Assembly (NCBI GenBank): GCA_051294375.1
Contig: JBJCIZ010000447.1
Location: 1 to 44,433, forward strand
Length of the DNA stretch: 44,433 bases
Source: Paraspadella gotoi
Lineage: Eukaryota > Animalia > Chaetognatha
Reading direction: 5' to 3'
Part shown: one piece after another, positions 22,646 through 34,154 of the stretch
How the letters are laid out: each line of letters starts with the position of its first letter
Position numbering within the stretch: position 1 is the stretch's first letter
Notes under the pieces: model-generated
Database searches by the model: none
The model's input: only the letters and a program-made list of their open reading frames with translations
Told to the model about the DNA's origin: nothing
Made by a program: the position numbers and the translations under genes

Positions 22646-22930
22646 TCTTAAATACTTTTTGTTTAAAAAAAAAGCCTTTAGTTAACCTATTAATATTTTC
22701 CCTCCTTATCCCCCCCCTCCCATACATCCACACACTTTAACTACTTACAAAAACCTTTTTTTTTTTTTTTTGTTCGCTTGTTTGTTGTTGGTTTTTTTTT
22801 TCAATTTAAATGTGAAAAAATAGATAAATTAATTATCAAAATTGAGAAACATCAAAATTTTTTGGGGTTAGTCAAAACTTTAGCAGACCCTAAACATATT
22901 ATTACGCAAAAATTAACAAAATTGGATGAG

Positions 22931-25522
22931 ATGGCGTTTCCAGAAGAAAGGTTGGTGGTTAATTCGGGAACTGATTCCTTGACGAGTGAAGAGACAGTGA
23001 AAAAACTTTTTTCTCAGGCCGTTTCTAGAACTAACGAAAATGAGGGTGAAAAGGTTAAGGTAATGAGACAAATTAATTCAATTATTGATAAAATTACAGC
23101 GAGCAAGGAGGAAAGAGATGCTTTAAAAGAAAGGATTCGCCTCGGGGTTTTGAACTGTAATGAAGAAGGAGGGAATAATGAACTCTCTAATTTTATCCTT
23201 GAAAATTTGCATCTTGTGAAAGCACTGGCTTTCCCAAATTATGAGTGCCTAATCGCTTTTGTTAATGAAAGTAAAAAGAAAAATAGTTTACTCCCCAAAA
23301 AAAAAGGAAAGGCAACTATCCTTTATCCCCTACCCTTAACACCTGTATATTACTTAAATCTACTCCAAGCCAATCCGCAGCTTAGTAGATTCGAAAATGT
23401 AAGATTTAAAAATTTACTTAAAGCATTTTTAAAAGCCGAAATTAACATCTCCGATCCAACGGGTCAATTATCCCAGATCAGAGAATTCGCTCGCCGTAAC
23501 GCGAATTTTTTTTTAGGCCAAAAACAAAAAAGTTTATCTTTATCGGAATTGTTTGAAAGTAATCCAACAGAAACTCGCCATGTTTCTGCATCTGTCGTGG
23601 AAACTGTAATAAAAAAGATTGGCACTCAAAAGGGAGTTCATTATAATCTCATTAACAATGAAGATAAAATCGGAATGAACTTTTCATGCTTTCATTGTGT
23701 CTCAGCAGCTCCGCTGAGTGAAGAGGCAAAAAATGGGTGTTCTTTTAGGTTCAATCCAAGCATCCTTGCTTCCTTTAATATCTTTCGAGCTAAGGTTCTT
23801 GAAAACAGTCTTGAGGTAAAGGATCACTTTTTGAATAATCATTCCCCTCTCGGCAAATATGGTGATTTTTCAAAGGCTCAATCCTCCAAGGCAGCAAGTG
23901 AGCATGGTTTGCTTCTCGTTTGCGGTCGGTGTCACATCCAATCTCAAAAATATCTTTCCACCTCTATCGTCTGTTGTGAAAAGTGCTTGGTCCGACATGT
24001 TCTATTGCTTCACAGTAAGGAAGATCGTTTTCTTTCCTTTTATCAACATCTTAAGAGTGAGTATTACTGGGATGCTGTGAAATCGGACATAAGTGAGAAT
24101 TACTTTCTGGTTNNNNNNNNNNTATGTCTTTGCATATTTCCCAACAAGACGGAAAGGGATAAGCACATGGCAAATCTTTGCATTCCAAGGATGGTGAGCG
24201 GTTCATACTTTTATGGTAATCCCTATATTTTCGATAGGTCTTTTGAAACCTATACATCCGTCGCGGCAAGGAAAGATAAAGAGGCAGAAATTTTGACAAA
24301 GCAGGTTAGGTTGTTCTTAAATAAAATGAGTTCGAAATCTGTTTATGTTCCCATTTCGGAGAAGTCAGTGGAAGAGAGTTTAGAAGGTGACGAGAGCGAT
24401 GGTAAGGACGTTGAAGGCGAGGCAGAAAAAGAAAGGGAGAAGAATCGCAAGCTGTCGTTCAAAAGCATGTTGTCCATGTCAGTTAGGAACGTCGTATCGA
24501 AGAAACAAGCACCGGCCTTAATTAGCAACAGCTCGATCGCAACGGTCCAGAGTGAGAACATGGAAACGTTAGAGACTGTGGCGACAGTACCTAGCTGTAC
24601 AGAAGAAGCAGTTGTGGAATCAGTACAAAGCAGCAGTGAGCAGCCGAGTTGTTGTAGTCAGGATATAGCTTCAGTGCCACCGACTTTTGTAGAAGAGACA
24701 GAAAACAAGCAGAAAGAAAGGCAGAAAAAAGGAGAGACAGAAACAGAGACAGAGGCGGAGACAGAGACGGAGACTATTAAACGCAGAAAAGAAAGAGCAA
24801 GTTTTTTTCTTGACAATGAAGCAAAAGAGAGTCGGAAAGAAGGTCAGAAAGAAAGTCGGAGAGGTGAAGGTAAGGAAGGTAAGGAATCTCGTAAGGAGAG
24901 GTCTGTAGTCAAGGGAAAAAAGAGGGAAAAGAATGAGCAAGAGTATATTGACAAAGGCGAAAAAGGAAAGGTTAGAAAAGGAAATGGGAAAGAAGAAAAA
25001 GAAAAAGAAAAAGAAGGCCAAATTACGGAGTCTCAAAAGAAAGATAAAGGAAAGGAAAGGGCGGAGAAGGAGAGAGAGAGAGAGAGANNNNNNNNNNGAG
25101 AGGGAGAGAGAGAGAAAAAGAGAAGGGAGAGAGAGAGAGAGAGAGGTAGGGAAAAGAAGATCGAAACCGAAAGAAAAAAAAGAAAAAGGAGGGAGAGTGA
25201 GGATAGCAAAGAAACAGAGAGACGAGGCGAGAAAGGGCGATTGTCGGAGGCAAAAAAGAAAGTCGAAAAAAAGGACAATAAACATTTGAGAAATTGTTTT
25301 AAAACACAACCGAGTAAAAACGATAAAAAGAAGNNNNNNNNNNACTCAGAAGCTTCTTCTTCCCACTCCTCATCTCGCTCTTCTTCCTCCTCTCTTTCCT
25401 CTTCCTCTTCTTCTTCCTCCTCTTCCTCCTCCTCAGAAAGCAGTGTTAAAAGTTCAAATATTAGTAGAAAAGGAAAAAAAAAAAAATTGAGAGTAATCGA
25501 GTCTGATTCAGATTCGAATTAA
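22931..25522 (+). CDS. Large Cys/His-rich (putative zinc-binding) protein with Glu/Lys/Arg-rich and poly-Ser tail
   Basis: Long ORF from MAFPEERL. CFHC, H...H, CGRCH, CCEKC..H...H and C.IF....RDKH...C clusters. Three N gaps inside. Confidence 0.7.
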   Translation: MAFPEERLVVNSGTDSLTSEETVKKLFSQAVSRTNENEGEKVKVMRQINSIIDKITASKEERDALKERIRLGVLNCNEEGGNNELSNFILENLHLVKALAFPNYECLIAFVNESKKKNSLLPKKKGKATILYPLPLTPVYYLNLLQANPQLSRFENVRFKNLLKAFLKAEINISDPTGQLSQIREFARRNANFFLGQKQKSLSLSELFESNPTETRHVSASVVETVIKKIGTQKGVHYNLINNEDKIGMNFSCFHCVSAAPLSEEAKNGCSFRFNPSILASFNIFRAKVLENSLEVKDHFLNNHSPLGKYGDFSKAQSSKAASEHGLLLVCGRCHIQSQKYLSTSIVCCEKCLVRHVLLLHSKEDRFLSFYQHLKSEYYWDAVKSDISENYFLVXXXXCLCIFPNKTERDKHMANLCIPRMVSGSYFYGNPYIFDRSFETYTSVAARKDKEAEILTKQVRLFLNKMSSKSVYVPISEKSVEESLEGDESDGKDVEGEAEKEREKNRKLSFKSMLSMSVRNVVSKKQAPALISNSSIATVQSENMETLETVATVPSCTEEAVVESVQSSSEQPSCCSQDIASVPPTFVEETENKQKERQKKGETETETEAETETETIKRRKERASFFLDNEAKESRKEGQKESRRGEGKEGKESRKERSVVKGKKREKNEQEYIDKGEKGKVRKGNGKEEKEKEKEGQITESQKKDKGKERAEKERERERXXXXEGEREKKRRERERERGREKKIETERKKRKRRESEDSKETERRGEKGRLSEAKKKVEKKDNKHLRNCFKTQPSKNDKKKXXXXSEASSSHSSSRSSSSSLSSSSSSSSSSSSSESSVKSSNISRKGKKKKLRVIESDSDSN

Positions 25523-25802
25523 ATGATAGGATAGAACGGAATGGATTGAGATAGTAGGAAACGAGAAAGTAGGGAATCATAAATATGAATAAAAAAAGGA
25601 TTATATACATTTAATTCGATTTTGATATTTGATTTTGATATTTGATTTGATTTAATTTGATTTGAGTTTGTTTCATTCTATTATTGTTATTATTATTAAT
25701 TTGTTAAGTGACAAATGAAAAGAGAATGTACTTAATTGTGTAGCGGTTATACTTTCTACTGTTTGATTAGTTTGTTTTTTTCTTTTTTGACCGAAGTTAA
25801 AT

Positions 25803-26582
25803 ATGACCGACATACAAAAAACTCCTACCCCAACCCCCGTAAAGTCGGTGAGCTTGAGAGGGGCGAAGCTCTTTTTAAAAGAGAGCTTCGCCAAAAGGAC
25901 TCGGCTCACAAAGTTCGACCTCGAGCATCGGATCATGAAGGAAGAGAAAGAGGGATTCGAGGAGCTCGGGGGAAACAGACTCCCAATGGCTGAGTGGTAA
26001 ATTCAATAAATAAACAAACAAATATATAGATACATAAATGGCTACATAAATAAATACATAAATAAACAAATCAATGTTTTTTTTTTGTCAGGTGTCTCCA
26101 CCGAGCGGCCTTTTTTCGAACCTACGAGCAAGTTCGTGGGGAGGAGAACTTGCTCGGCAAGTTCAAGAACCAGATAGCAAAGATCGATGACATGTGAGAA
26201 TTGTGTTTCTTTTCTATATGTACACTTTTAAAAAACAAATGCAAATTATTTTTTATAAATGNNNNNNNNNNGTTTTCACATAACCAGCCTCGACGTAGCC
26301 GATCGCTCGGAAAGTGATCGGGGTAAACCTCACTACCTACACCACATCGTGGAGGGACGTGAGAAGAGGAACCCTCCAAGAATCGTCGGGCGGGGCGGCG
26401 TTGTTCTCGAACGCCGTCGCGTGTACGGGCGGTTGAACCTCGGGGATGGGGTCGGCGACTCCGACAGTGGGGAGGAGGACGACTTCGAGCGGGATTGCAG
26501 CTACAGCGTTGTATACGTCGAGGATGGCAAGGATCCGAAGGAGGAATTGATTAAACAACTTAGGAGATTTTATAAAAAGTAG
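25803..26582 (+). CDS. Hypothetical protein, paralogue 1 of 3, 3 exons
   Basis: Exons 25803-25996, 26092-~26193, ~26275-26582. Shares EK.GFEELGG.RLP, WCLHRAAFF, EGRE.R.P and GVV with the next gene. Confidence 0.75.
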
Positions 26583-26679
26583 AAAGGGTAGAGAACTTTT
26601 TGAAAAAAAAACTTTTTTGAGACTTTTGATTTGAATTGTTTGTAAATATGTATATTGTTTAAATTGTGTAATAATTGAT

Positions 26680-26951
26680 TTTCTCTCTCTCTCTCTCTCT
26701 ATAATTCTCTCTCTCTCTCTCTTTCTCGCTCTCTCTCTCTTCTCTTTCTCTTTCTTTCTCTCTCTCTCTCTCTCTTTCTTGTCTCTCTCTCTCTCTCTCT
26801 CTTCTTTCTCTCTCTCTCTCTATAATTCTCTCTCTCTCTCTTTCTCGCTTCTCTCTCTCTCTCTCTCTCTTTCTTTCTCTCTCTCTCTCTTCTTTCTGTC
26901 TCTCTTCTCTCTCTTTCTCTCTCTCTCTCTATAATTCTCTCTCTCTCTCTT

Positions 26952-27044
<93 letters not shown>

Positions 27045-27089
27045 ATAATCTCTCTCTCTCTCTTTTCTCGCTCTCTCTCTCTCTTTCTT

Positions 27090-27127
<38 letters not shown>

Positions 27128-27150
27128 TCTTTTTCTTTTCTCTCTTTCTA
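26680..27150. repeat. Compound (CT)n microsatellite with higher-order ctataattctct / ttctcgct units
   Basis: ~470 bp of CT repeat punctuated by recurring ataatt and ctcgct interruptions. Confidence 0.95.
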
Positions 27151-27206
27151 TTGTATAAAACAATTTTTGTGTATATATTGGATTGAATTTTAATTAAAGA
27201 AAAAAA

Positions 27207-28056
27207 ATGGCGACACAACAAAACATCGATTGGGCTGAATTGGCGGAGGCGGAGAGGAGAAGGGAGGCAGCGATGCCAAAGAGGACTGTGAGCTTGAAGG
27301 GGGTTATCTTCTTTCTCCAATTTCTGAGAAACATTCACCAGGACAATCGCTACTATGCGAAAATATCCAACGGAAAATTGATAGACCGCCTCGTCGAGAA
27401 GGAGAAGGACGGCTTTGAGGAGCTTGGCGGTGCGAGACTGCCTGTGAGTAAATATATATAGTAATAATGTTCTTTGATATTTTATGACCCTTTTCTTAAA
27501 AAAAATATATGTATATTCATATTTTGCGCATTTAACATTTGACTTAAGTTTCATCCCCTCTTTCCTTTTTTTAGTTGCATGCCTGGTGTCTGCATCGCGC
27601 GGCCTTCTTCGCGGTGCTCAAGAAGACGGCCGATCACCTTGACGCCTTCATCAACTACGTGACGCATTTGAAGGACATGTAAGTTTGTTTTTGTTTGTTT
27701 GTTTATTTGTTCTCTTTTTAATATCATATTTATGTAGATTTAATGCTTTTTTTTTCTTTTTTCTTTTTAGTCTCGAGATGACGGACATGCCTTCAAACAG
27801 CGTCACACCCCCTCCTGAACTCCACTACATCAAGGAGGGGAGGGAGGAACGGCATCCCAGCACAATTTTGGCCCCGCACGGGGTTGTGNNNNNNNNNNAG
27901 TCGTTTGCGGTGGAAGACAAGAGAGATGGAGAGCTTAAGTTTGGGGAGGTTTATATAGTAGGGGATCAGGACGTTTTCATGGAGAATATACTCCAAAGGG
28001 ATAGATACAATTTTGCTATCACTAATTTTGATATGGATGCTCCTTATCCTAAATAA
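27207..28056 (+). CDS. Hypothetical protein, paralogue 2 of 3, 3 exons
   Basis: Exons 27207-27443, ~27575-27678, ~27771-28056. Motifs as in paralogue 1. Confidence 0.75.
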
Positions 28057-28263
28057 ATCTCTCTCTCNNNNNNNNNNTCTCTCTCTCTTTTTTTGGGCTC
28101 TGTTTTTTTTTCACTGTATTTTACTTTAGTTGTATAGTTTTCTTTGCCTATATATTAACCTCTCTCTCTTTTTTGGTCTTTTTCGCTAATAAATGTATTG
28201 TTAATTGTTATTAAAAATTATAAATATACATTAATGGTTTTTATTGTTCATTTATCAAGATAA

Positions 28264-28899
28264 ATGGATACAAAAGACTTTAAAAAANNNNNNNNNNAAA
28301 CTGTGTGTCTTCTAGCTGTGCTAAAACTTTTAAGTGACTTTTCCAACGATGTAGTAAAGAAAGACATCATCAATCAAGAACTTGAGAAGGAACTTCTACT
28401 TCGTCAAAGTCGGACGCACAAGACTTCTCCGATCTGAGTTCGCACTTCTTCACTCGACNNNNNNNNNNGGACAAGACCCGAAGGGCTCGCGAGTTGATTC
28501 TCCTTCAGGATTTTATTCAAAATCTTAATAAAATGTTAAGTTTTTATTTATCACTATTTACTAATTGACTTTTTGTTAAAGAGGAAAATTATTTATTAAA
28601 TTAAATAATCTTTTAACTTTTGTTTTTTATTCAGCATTTGTGAGGCTGATGATCGCTCTCGTTCGAAGGAGAAAAACCAGCGGAAGTTCGCCACATTTCG
28701 GGAGGATTTGAGGAACGACACCCCCGAGGTATCCAGAACCGAGGGAGTAATCTTAGAACGTTGCGCAATACTTAAATATATTAATAACTCTAAGGACTCT
28801 GATCGATCTACTTCTTATGGCTTTGTCGAAGTGTATTCCTGTAAAGGGAAAAATGTTTATTTGTCAATGAACAAACAAGATAATTTTCTTGAGAATTGA
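28264..28899 (+). CDS. Hypothetical protein, divergent paralogue 3
   Basis: KTVCLLAVLKLL resembles KSVSLRGAKLFL/RTVSLKGVIFFL. Last exon has GVILER...YGFVEVY resembling GVVLER...YSVVYV. N gaps and a stop at ~28435 make the model uncertain. Confidence 0.45.
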
Positions 28900-28957
28900 T
28901 CAACTTTGTTTTTATATTCGTTATTTCTTTTTTCGCCTTAAAAATAAAATAAAAAGA

Positions 28958-31900
28958 ATGGAAAATTATCAAAATGATGAAGTCGATTCTGACGATGAAA
29001 ATGAACTGATTAATCAACTCTTAAATTCTCCTCCATTAGAGGAAGTAGACGAAAATACCTTGAAAATAATTGGTTATTTAACCGACGATATCTTCTCTGG
29101 GGCTAGCAGTAAATATATTCTTACGCGAGACTGGAATTCTGAGCGCAATAAAAGACTACTGCTTGAAACAGAATTAAGATGTTACTTAATACATGTCCAA
29201 ATTTATTTACGTCGACTCTTATCACCGAGAGACACGCAACAGCACCCGCTCCGTTACTTAGTCTGGATCGCTACAGGTGTGTAATAATTGGTAAATAGTA
29301 GTAGTAATAATAATAATAACATTAATTATTACTGTACAATGCGAAGGGATTAGAATAGATTGGGACAAGAGAAACTAAATTAAATATTATTTTTCCGTCG
29401 TTAATTCACTAATTCACTCTTTTTTCTTTCTTTCTTTCTTTCTTTCTTTTTCTCTTCTTTCTTTCTTTCTTTTTTATTTTACTCACAAAACATTTTTTTT
29501 TTCCACAGAAGTCGAATTCGGAAAAGCCAGCGACTTAAGTGATAGGATTTCACACTGGGTTTCTTATCGGAATCAACATTTTCTCCTCGACGTTCTCGAA
29601 GAAACCGAATCCTTCATCTCAACCATATTGCAGGCTTTTACAAATTTTGTTATAGAACATGTTTATTACATGAGTGACTTAAGAGAAAGTGGGTGGACCT
29701 ACTTGTTTTTAAAATCTGTACATATCAGACATGCAGCTGTTCCTTCTACAAATAATTTGATAAGATATGGAGGTTCTAATGATGAAAGGATATTCAAATC
29801 CGAATTACAATCCGCCTTTTCAAGAAACGTTTTTGATACGGATAACTATATTTTAAACAATGAAAAAATGAAATTGTGTGTTCTGTACGGGATAATGCTA
29901 AGTCTTGAAAACAAATTTGGGGATAAAATCTTAACTCGTGTTCCTAAAAAATTTGCCAAGGAAGTCGTGTCAGCGATTAAAACGGGTGATTTGATAAAAA
30001 TTGACAATGAGGGGTTAAAGATTAATGATTTTTCGAAACTGGAAAGGCTTAATTCTCCGATACCAAATTCTTTAATTAAATTTTACCCAGAATTAATTTT
30101 ATTGAAAGGAATATCTATTAACGTATTTAAAATCCGCAAGGCTCTTGATTTTAAAGCCTATTCAATCTTTCCAATCGCGTTGAGCTCACATCATACTGAT
30201 GATAATTATCACCAGGTTGACTTATTAATAGACACTCCAGAAATCAGAGAAAATCCTGTCGAAAACATAACCGGTTTAGCATATAACGAAAGTGATCATA
30301 TACTATTTATATCTAACCTACCAAGACTTTTACAATCATTTCAATCATCTGTTGAAAAGAAATTTAATTCGAATAGATATAGATTTGTCTGTCGCAAATG
30401 CATTAATTTATTCACAAACGAGCGGGCTTATTCTGATCACGTCGAGCTATGTCGGGCATTTTCAGCCGGACAGGGTCGACGCGAGGCTATAAATAAGACC
30501 GTTCATGTGACAGAAGTGGAAAATCCCTGGACCGGTGTACTTGAAAAAAATGTTCTTCAATTTGAGAGAAGCATGCTCTATAAAAAAATTAAACCACTAT
30601 TTTTCTCTTGCATGGATTTTGAGGCCACCACTAAACCGATTGATCATTCCAAAAACTACCCGCATATTCAGACTAACGAACCACAACCGCCTAATAGCTC
30701 AATCGCAGAACAGAAAGCATTATCTTACAGTTTAACACATAAGAGTCTATATGAAAAGAATTTTCCCTTACCAAAAGAGTTAAGGACTCCTCGGTGTAAA
30801 TTTTTAGATGAAAGAATACAAACAGAAAAAGATTTTTTCATTCAACTTCTTTTAAATCTAAGAGACGATGCTTGGAAATTGCATCAGTTTATTCAAAATG
30901 TTTATAAAATGGATAAGGGAATACCAAAATTACATGAATTAACTCTAGAGGAAAGAATAAAATATAACATGCAAGATTTTTGTGATTTATGTGGACGTAA
31001 ATTTGATTCGAAATCTAAAAATAAGTATACAGGAAGAGTGTATACCTTGAAAAAAACGATAGACCATTCTCACATTTATTCAGGAAATACAGAATTAAGA
31101 TTTTTAACTTGCGCAGGATGTAATTTAAATCTTGTCGACTTTTTGCCACATAAAATTAATCATAATATCTTTTGTCATTTTGGAAGTCACTACGACGGAA
31201 TTTTCCTTCTTCAGGCTCTTGTAGAGGCTGCCACACATTGCACTAACGTATCACATGACGTAGTAGGAAACCCTATTTATAAACCTATTATAAGAGAAGC
31301 CCCTAAAGTGCTTTTCAAGGGCAATGAAAACACCCCGCTGTCAATTCGGTTCAAATTTTCTTGCCCCTTCCCCTCCTCTTGTCCAAAATGTTCTTCTTCA
31401 AAATATGAGCGGCGTGAATTTGCAAGGATTAATGGTTACCCTCTGAAGTGCTTTTCTGACAGATACTTGGTTATAGTTGACAGCTTTTTGCTGATCCCTC
31501 ATTCTCTTTCTTCAATTATATCGGATTCTTACACAGCTGCATATAACAGTGATGAGGACTCTCTCACAGAAGTATTTTCATCCACTTACGAATTTGTTAA
31601 AGATTGTGGTTTTACAGATTCCTTTTTTGAATTTTTAATACGTCAAAAAGTTGTGATGCCTTTTAAGCTGCTTACATCTTTTGAGGCAATGGAAAATGTC
31701 AAAGAAATCCCTCCCATAGAAGATTTTTACTCTGAACTGAGTGGCAAGAAAGAAATATCTCAGGAGGAATATGATGTTTTTAAAAGCGTTTGGCAAGGAT
31801 TAAATGCTACCAATCTCTTTCATGTAATATTTTTTTATAATATTTTGGATTCTCTGAACTTAGCCGACGCTATCTCTTTCTACTTTGAAAAATTACATAA

Positions 31901-34059
31901 CATCGTAAATTTTTATCCATCTCATTTTTTAACAATATCAAGTCTCGCACTTACGTCTGCTTTATTTCACACAAGAGATCCAATCAATCCAGAAAAGAGA
32001 CTTCAACTGGAAATGCTGGATTCTGAAACTTATCAAATTTTTCAAAAGAACTTGGTATGATTATTTTTATTATTTTTTTTAAAAATAACTTATTAAGACT
32101 AATTAATACATCATTTCAGTTAGGGGGTTTTGCAGCAATTTTTTCTTTTCTTGGAGAGTACGATTTTGATACTGAGGACGAATTGGCGACAGCATCTTAC
32201 ATAGACGCTAATGGTAAACAACAGTATTCCTATAAAATAAATTAAATTAAATTAATTTTCTAAAATGTATTTTTTCTCTGTTAGGACTCTATCCCCACGC
32301 AATGACTTCTTTCCTACCCCACAGTGGTTTTGAAATACTTCAAAAAACATCCCACCCAGAAATTTTTAATGTTTTAAGTGAAAGACTGATTAATTGTGAT
32401 GTGGACTTTTTTCATAATGACCTAACCAAAAATCATATAGGATATTTATTTGTGGTAGAAACACAAACAGACATAGACGAAGCGAGTGAAATCAATCTTG
32501 ATTTATCGTTTTTCCCAATCAATAAAAAAGTGAAGTCTTTTGAATTACATCCTGATCAGATCCGCTCAGCTGAGAAACTAGGTCGTCGAATAGACAAGGA
32601 ACTCGGGAAGTTGATTTCTACAGTTCACACCCATCCCACCCAAATATCGGATTTCACAGAAAATCTTTTGTACTCATGTATTTTCCATGGAATGAAAATC
32701 ACAAAAGTGATTAAAATAGTACGTTTTAATTCTTATCGTTACCTAAATAAGTATATTCTATATCTCCAAGACCAAAGATCAAAAACAAAATCTAAAATTT
32801 TAGGTAAACTAGTAAAAAATTTGTCCAACTCGATTTCAGGAAAAATGCATGAACAGAGATCTAAGTATCTTAATGCATCCATTTGTCTTGGGAAAAAGAA
32901 TTTTTTTAAAGAAGTAGCTAAAATCCATTTTTTTGATTTCCGTAAAATATCTCAAAATGCGGTGGTTATACTTAAAGACGGCTTAAGTATGAAAGAACGT
33001 AATGCCCCTTATTTTAGCAGTCGTGTGTATTCCATCTCCAAATTATTCTTATGGCGATCTTACTTTACTTATGTTGCTAATATTGCTAAAAATGGCGATG
33101 TTAATTCTCGTCTCGCTATCACAGGTATATATATATTTGAATTATATTGATTAACAAAACACCCAAACTTTCGGATTCTTGCAATTGATTAATTATTTAT
33201 CTATTTATTTATTTATTTATTATCCAAAAAAGATACTGATAGTCTCCTCTTCTCATTTATCAAGAAGAAGTCTGATATAGAAAGAAACGAATTAATTGAA
33301 TTAACACAATCAAATCAAAAGATCGGATTAACCCAAAGCCTCACTGGAGATAGTTGGGCCAATATTTATCTACAAACTTTCGCCTCTCACCTCGATTTTT
33401 CTTGCTTAAATGAGGTATTTTTTATCTATTATTTATTTCATTTTTTTTTCAAAAATTATTACTAGTGTTAATATTGTCATTTGTTGTTTAGGATTCGTTT
33501 ATATATCAATGCTTGATAAAAAAGGAACCGCAATTGCTTAAAGTTATGTTGGAATTCTTAAGTCAATCAACCAAAAATAGGGCCGGTCTTTTCAAAGATG
33601 AACTTAACACAAACATGGTCAAGGTAGATTTAGTATAACTTNNNNNNNNNNTAATAATAACTATGATAATAGTTGTAATAATATTACTCTATTTAGACGG
33701 TCTTCGCGACTTCTGTTAAACAATATTCAATTCTTACATATCCCAAGCTTCCTGACTTTCCCTTCAACCAACTAAATGAAAATGTTAAATTATCAGTTGC
33801 AAAATCTAAAGGAGTTAAAAAAAATGTATTTTTAAATAATATTACTATTGACGATTATAAGAATGCAATACACACTGACGAACCAACGCGGAAAGTCGCA
33901 CAACACGGGATAAGAAGGAGAAATCAACGGATATATATCGTTAGAGAATATAAAAAACTTCTTACTCGGTTTACATCTAAAAGAATATATCGAAATTCTG
34001 ATAATGATGGGAGATTCTTCTTCACTTATCCTCTACATTTGAAAGATGCCTTGCCTTAA
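28958..34059 (+). CDS. polB: Protein-primed family B DNA polymerase (Polinton pPolB), 7 exons, ~1491 aa
   Basis: Exons 28958-29276, 29509-32054, 32120-32213, 32285-33124, 33233-33414, 33492-33623, 33697-34059. All introns are GT-AG and phase-consistent (4476 nt total). Motifs: ExoI MDFEAT, ExoII HFGSHYD, ExoIII YNILDS, LGG, PolA YIDANGLYP, PolB KNLSNSISGK, PolC TDTDS, GLFKDE, KQY, KSKGVKK. Also N-terminal ESGW/SINVF/CRKC..H..C and an internal CDLC..DHSH..CAGCNL (endonuclease VII-like) segment. Confidence 0.95.
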
Positions 34060-34154
34060 TTCTGACTGTTCGTTTATTTGTTTTATTTTGCAATAGATTT
34101 ACTAAAAATAAGGCCAAAAATAAGGACGTTTTTTTTTAATCTTGTTGGGGAGAG

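Noticed and set aside
26699-27554. ORFs encoding long ERERER tracts, and similar LSLSLS/ERER ORFs at 19056-19646, 21931-22740 and 40192-44395
   Set aside because: These are translations of (GA)n/(CT)n microsatellites, which lack stop codons. No independent coding signal.
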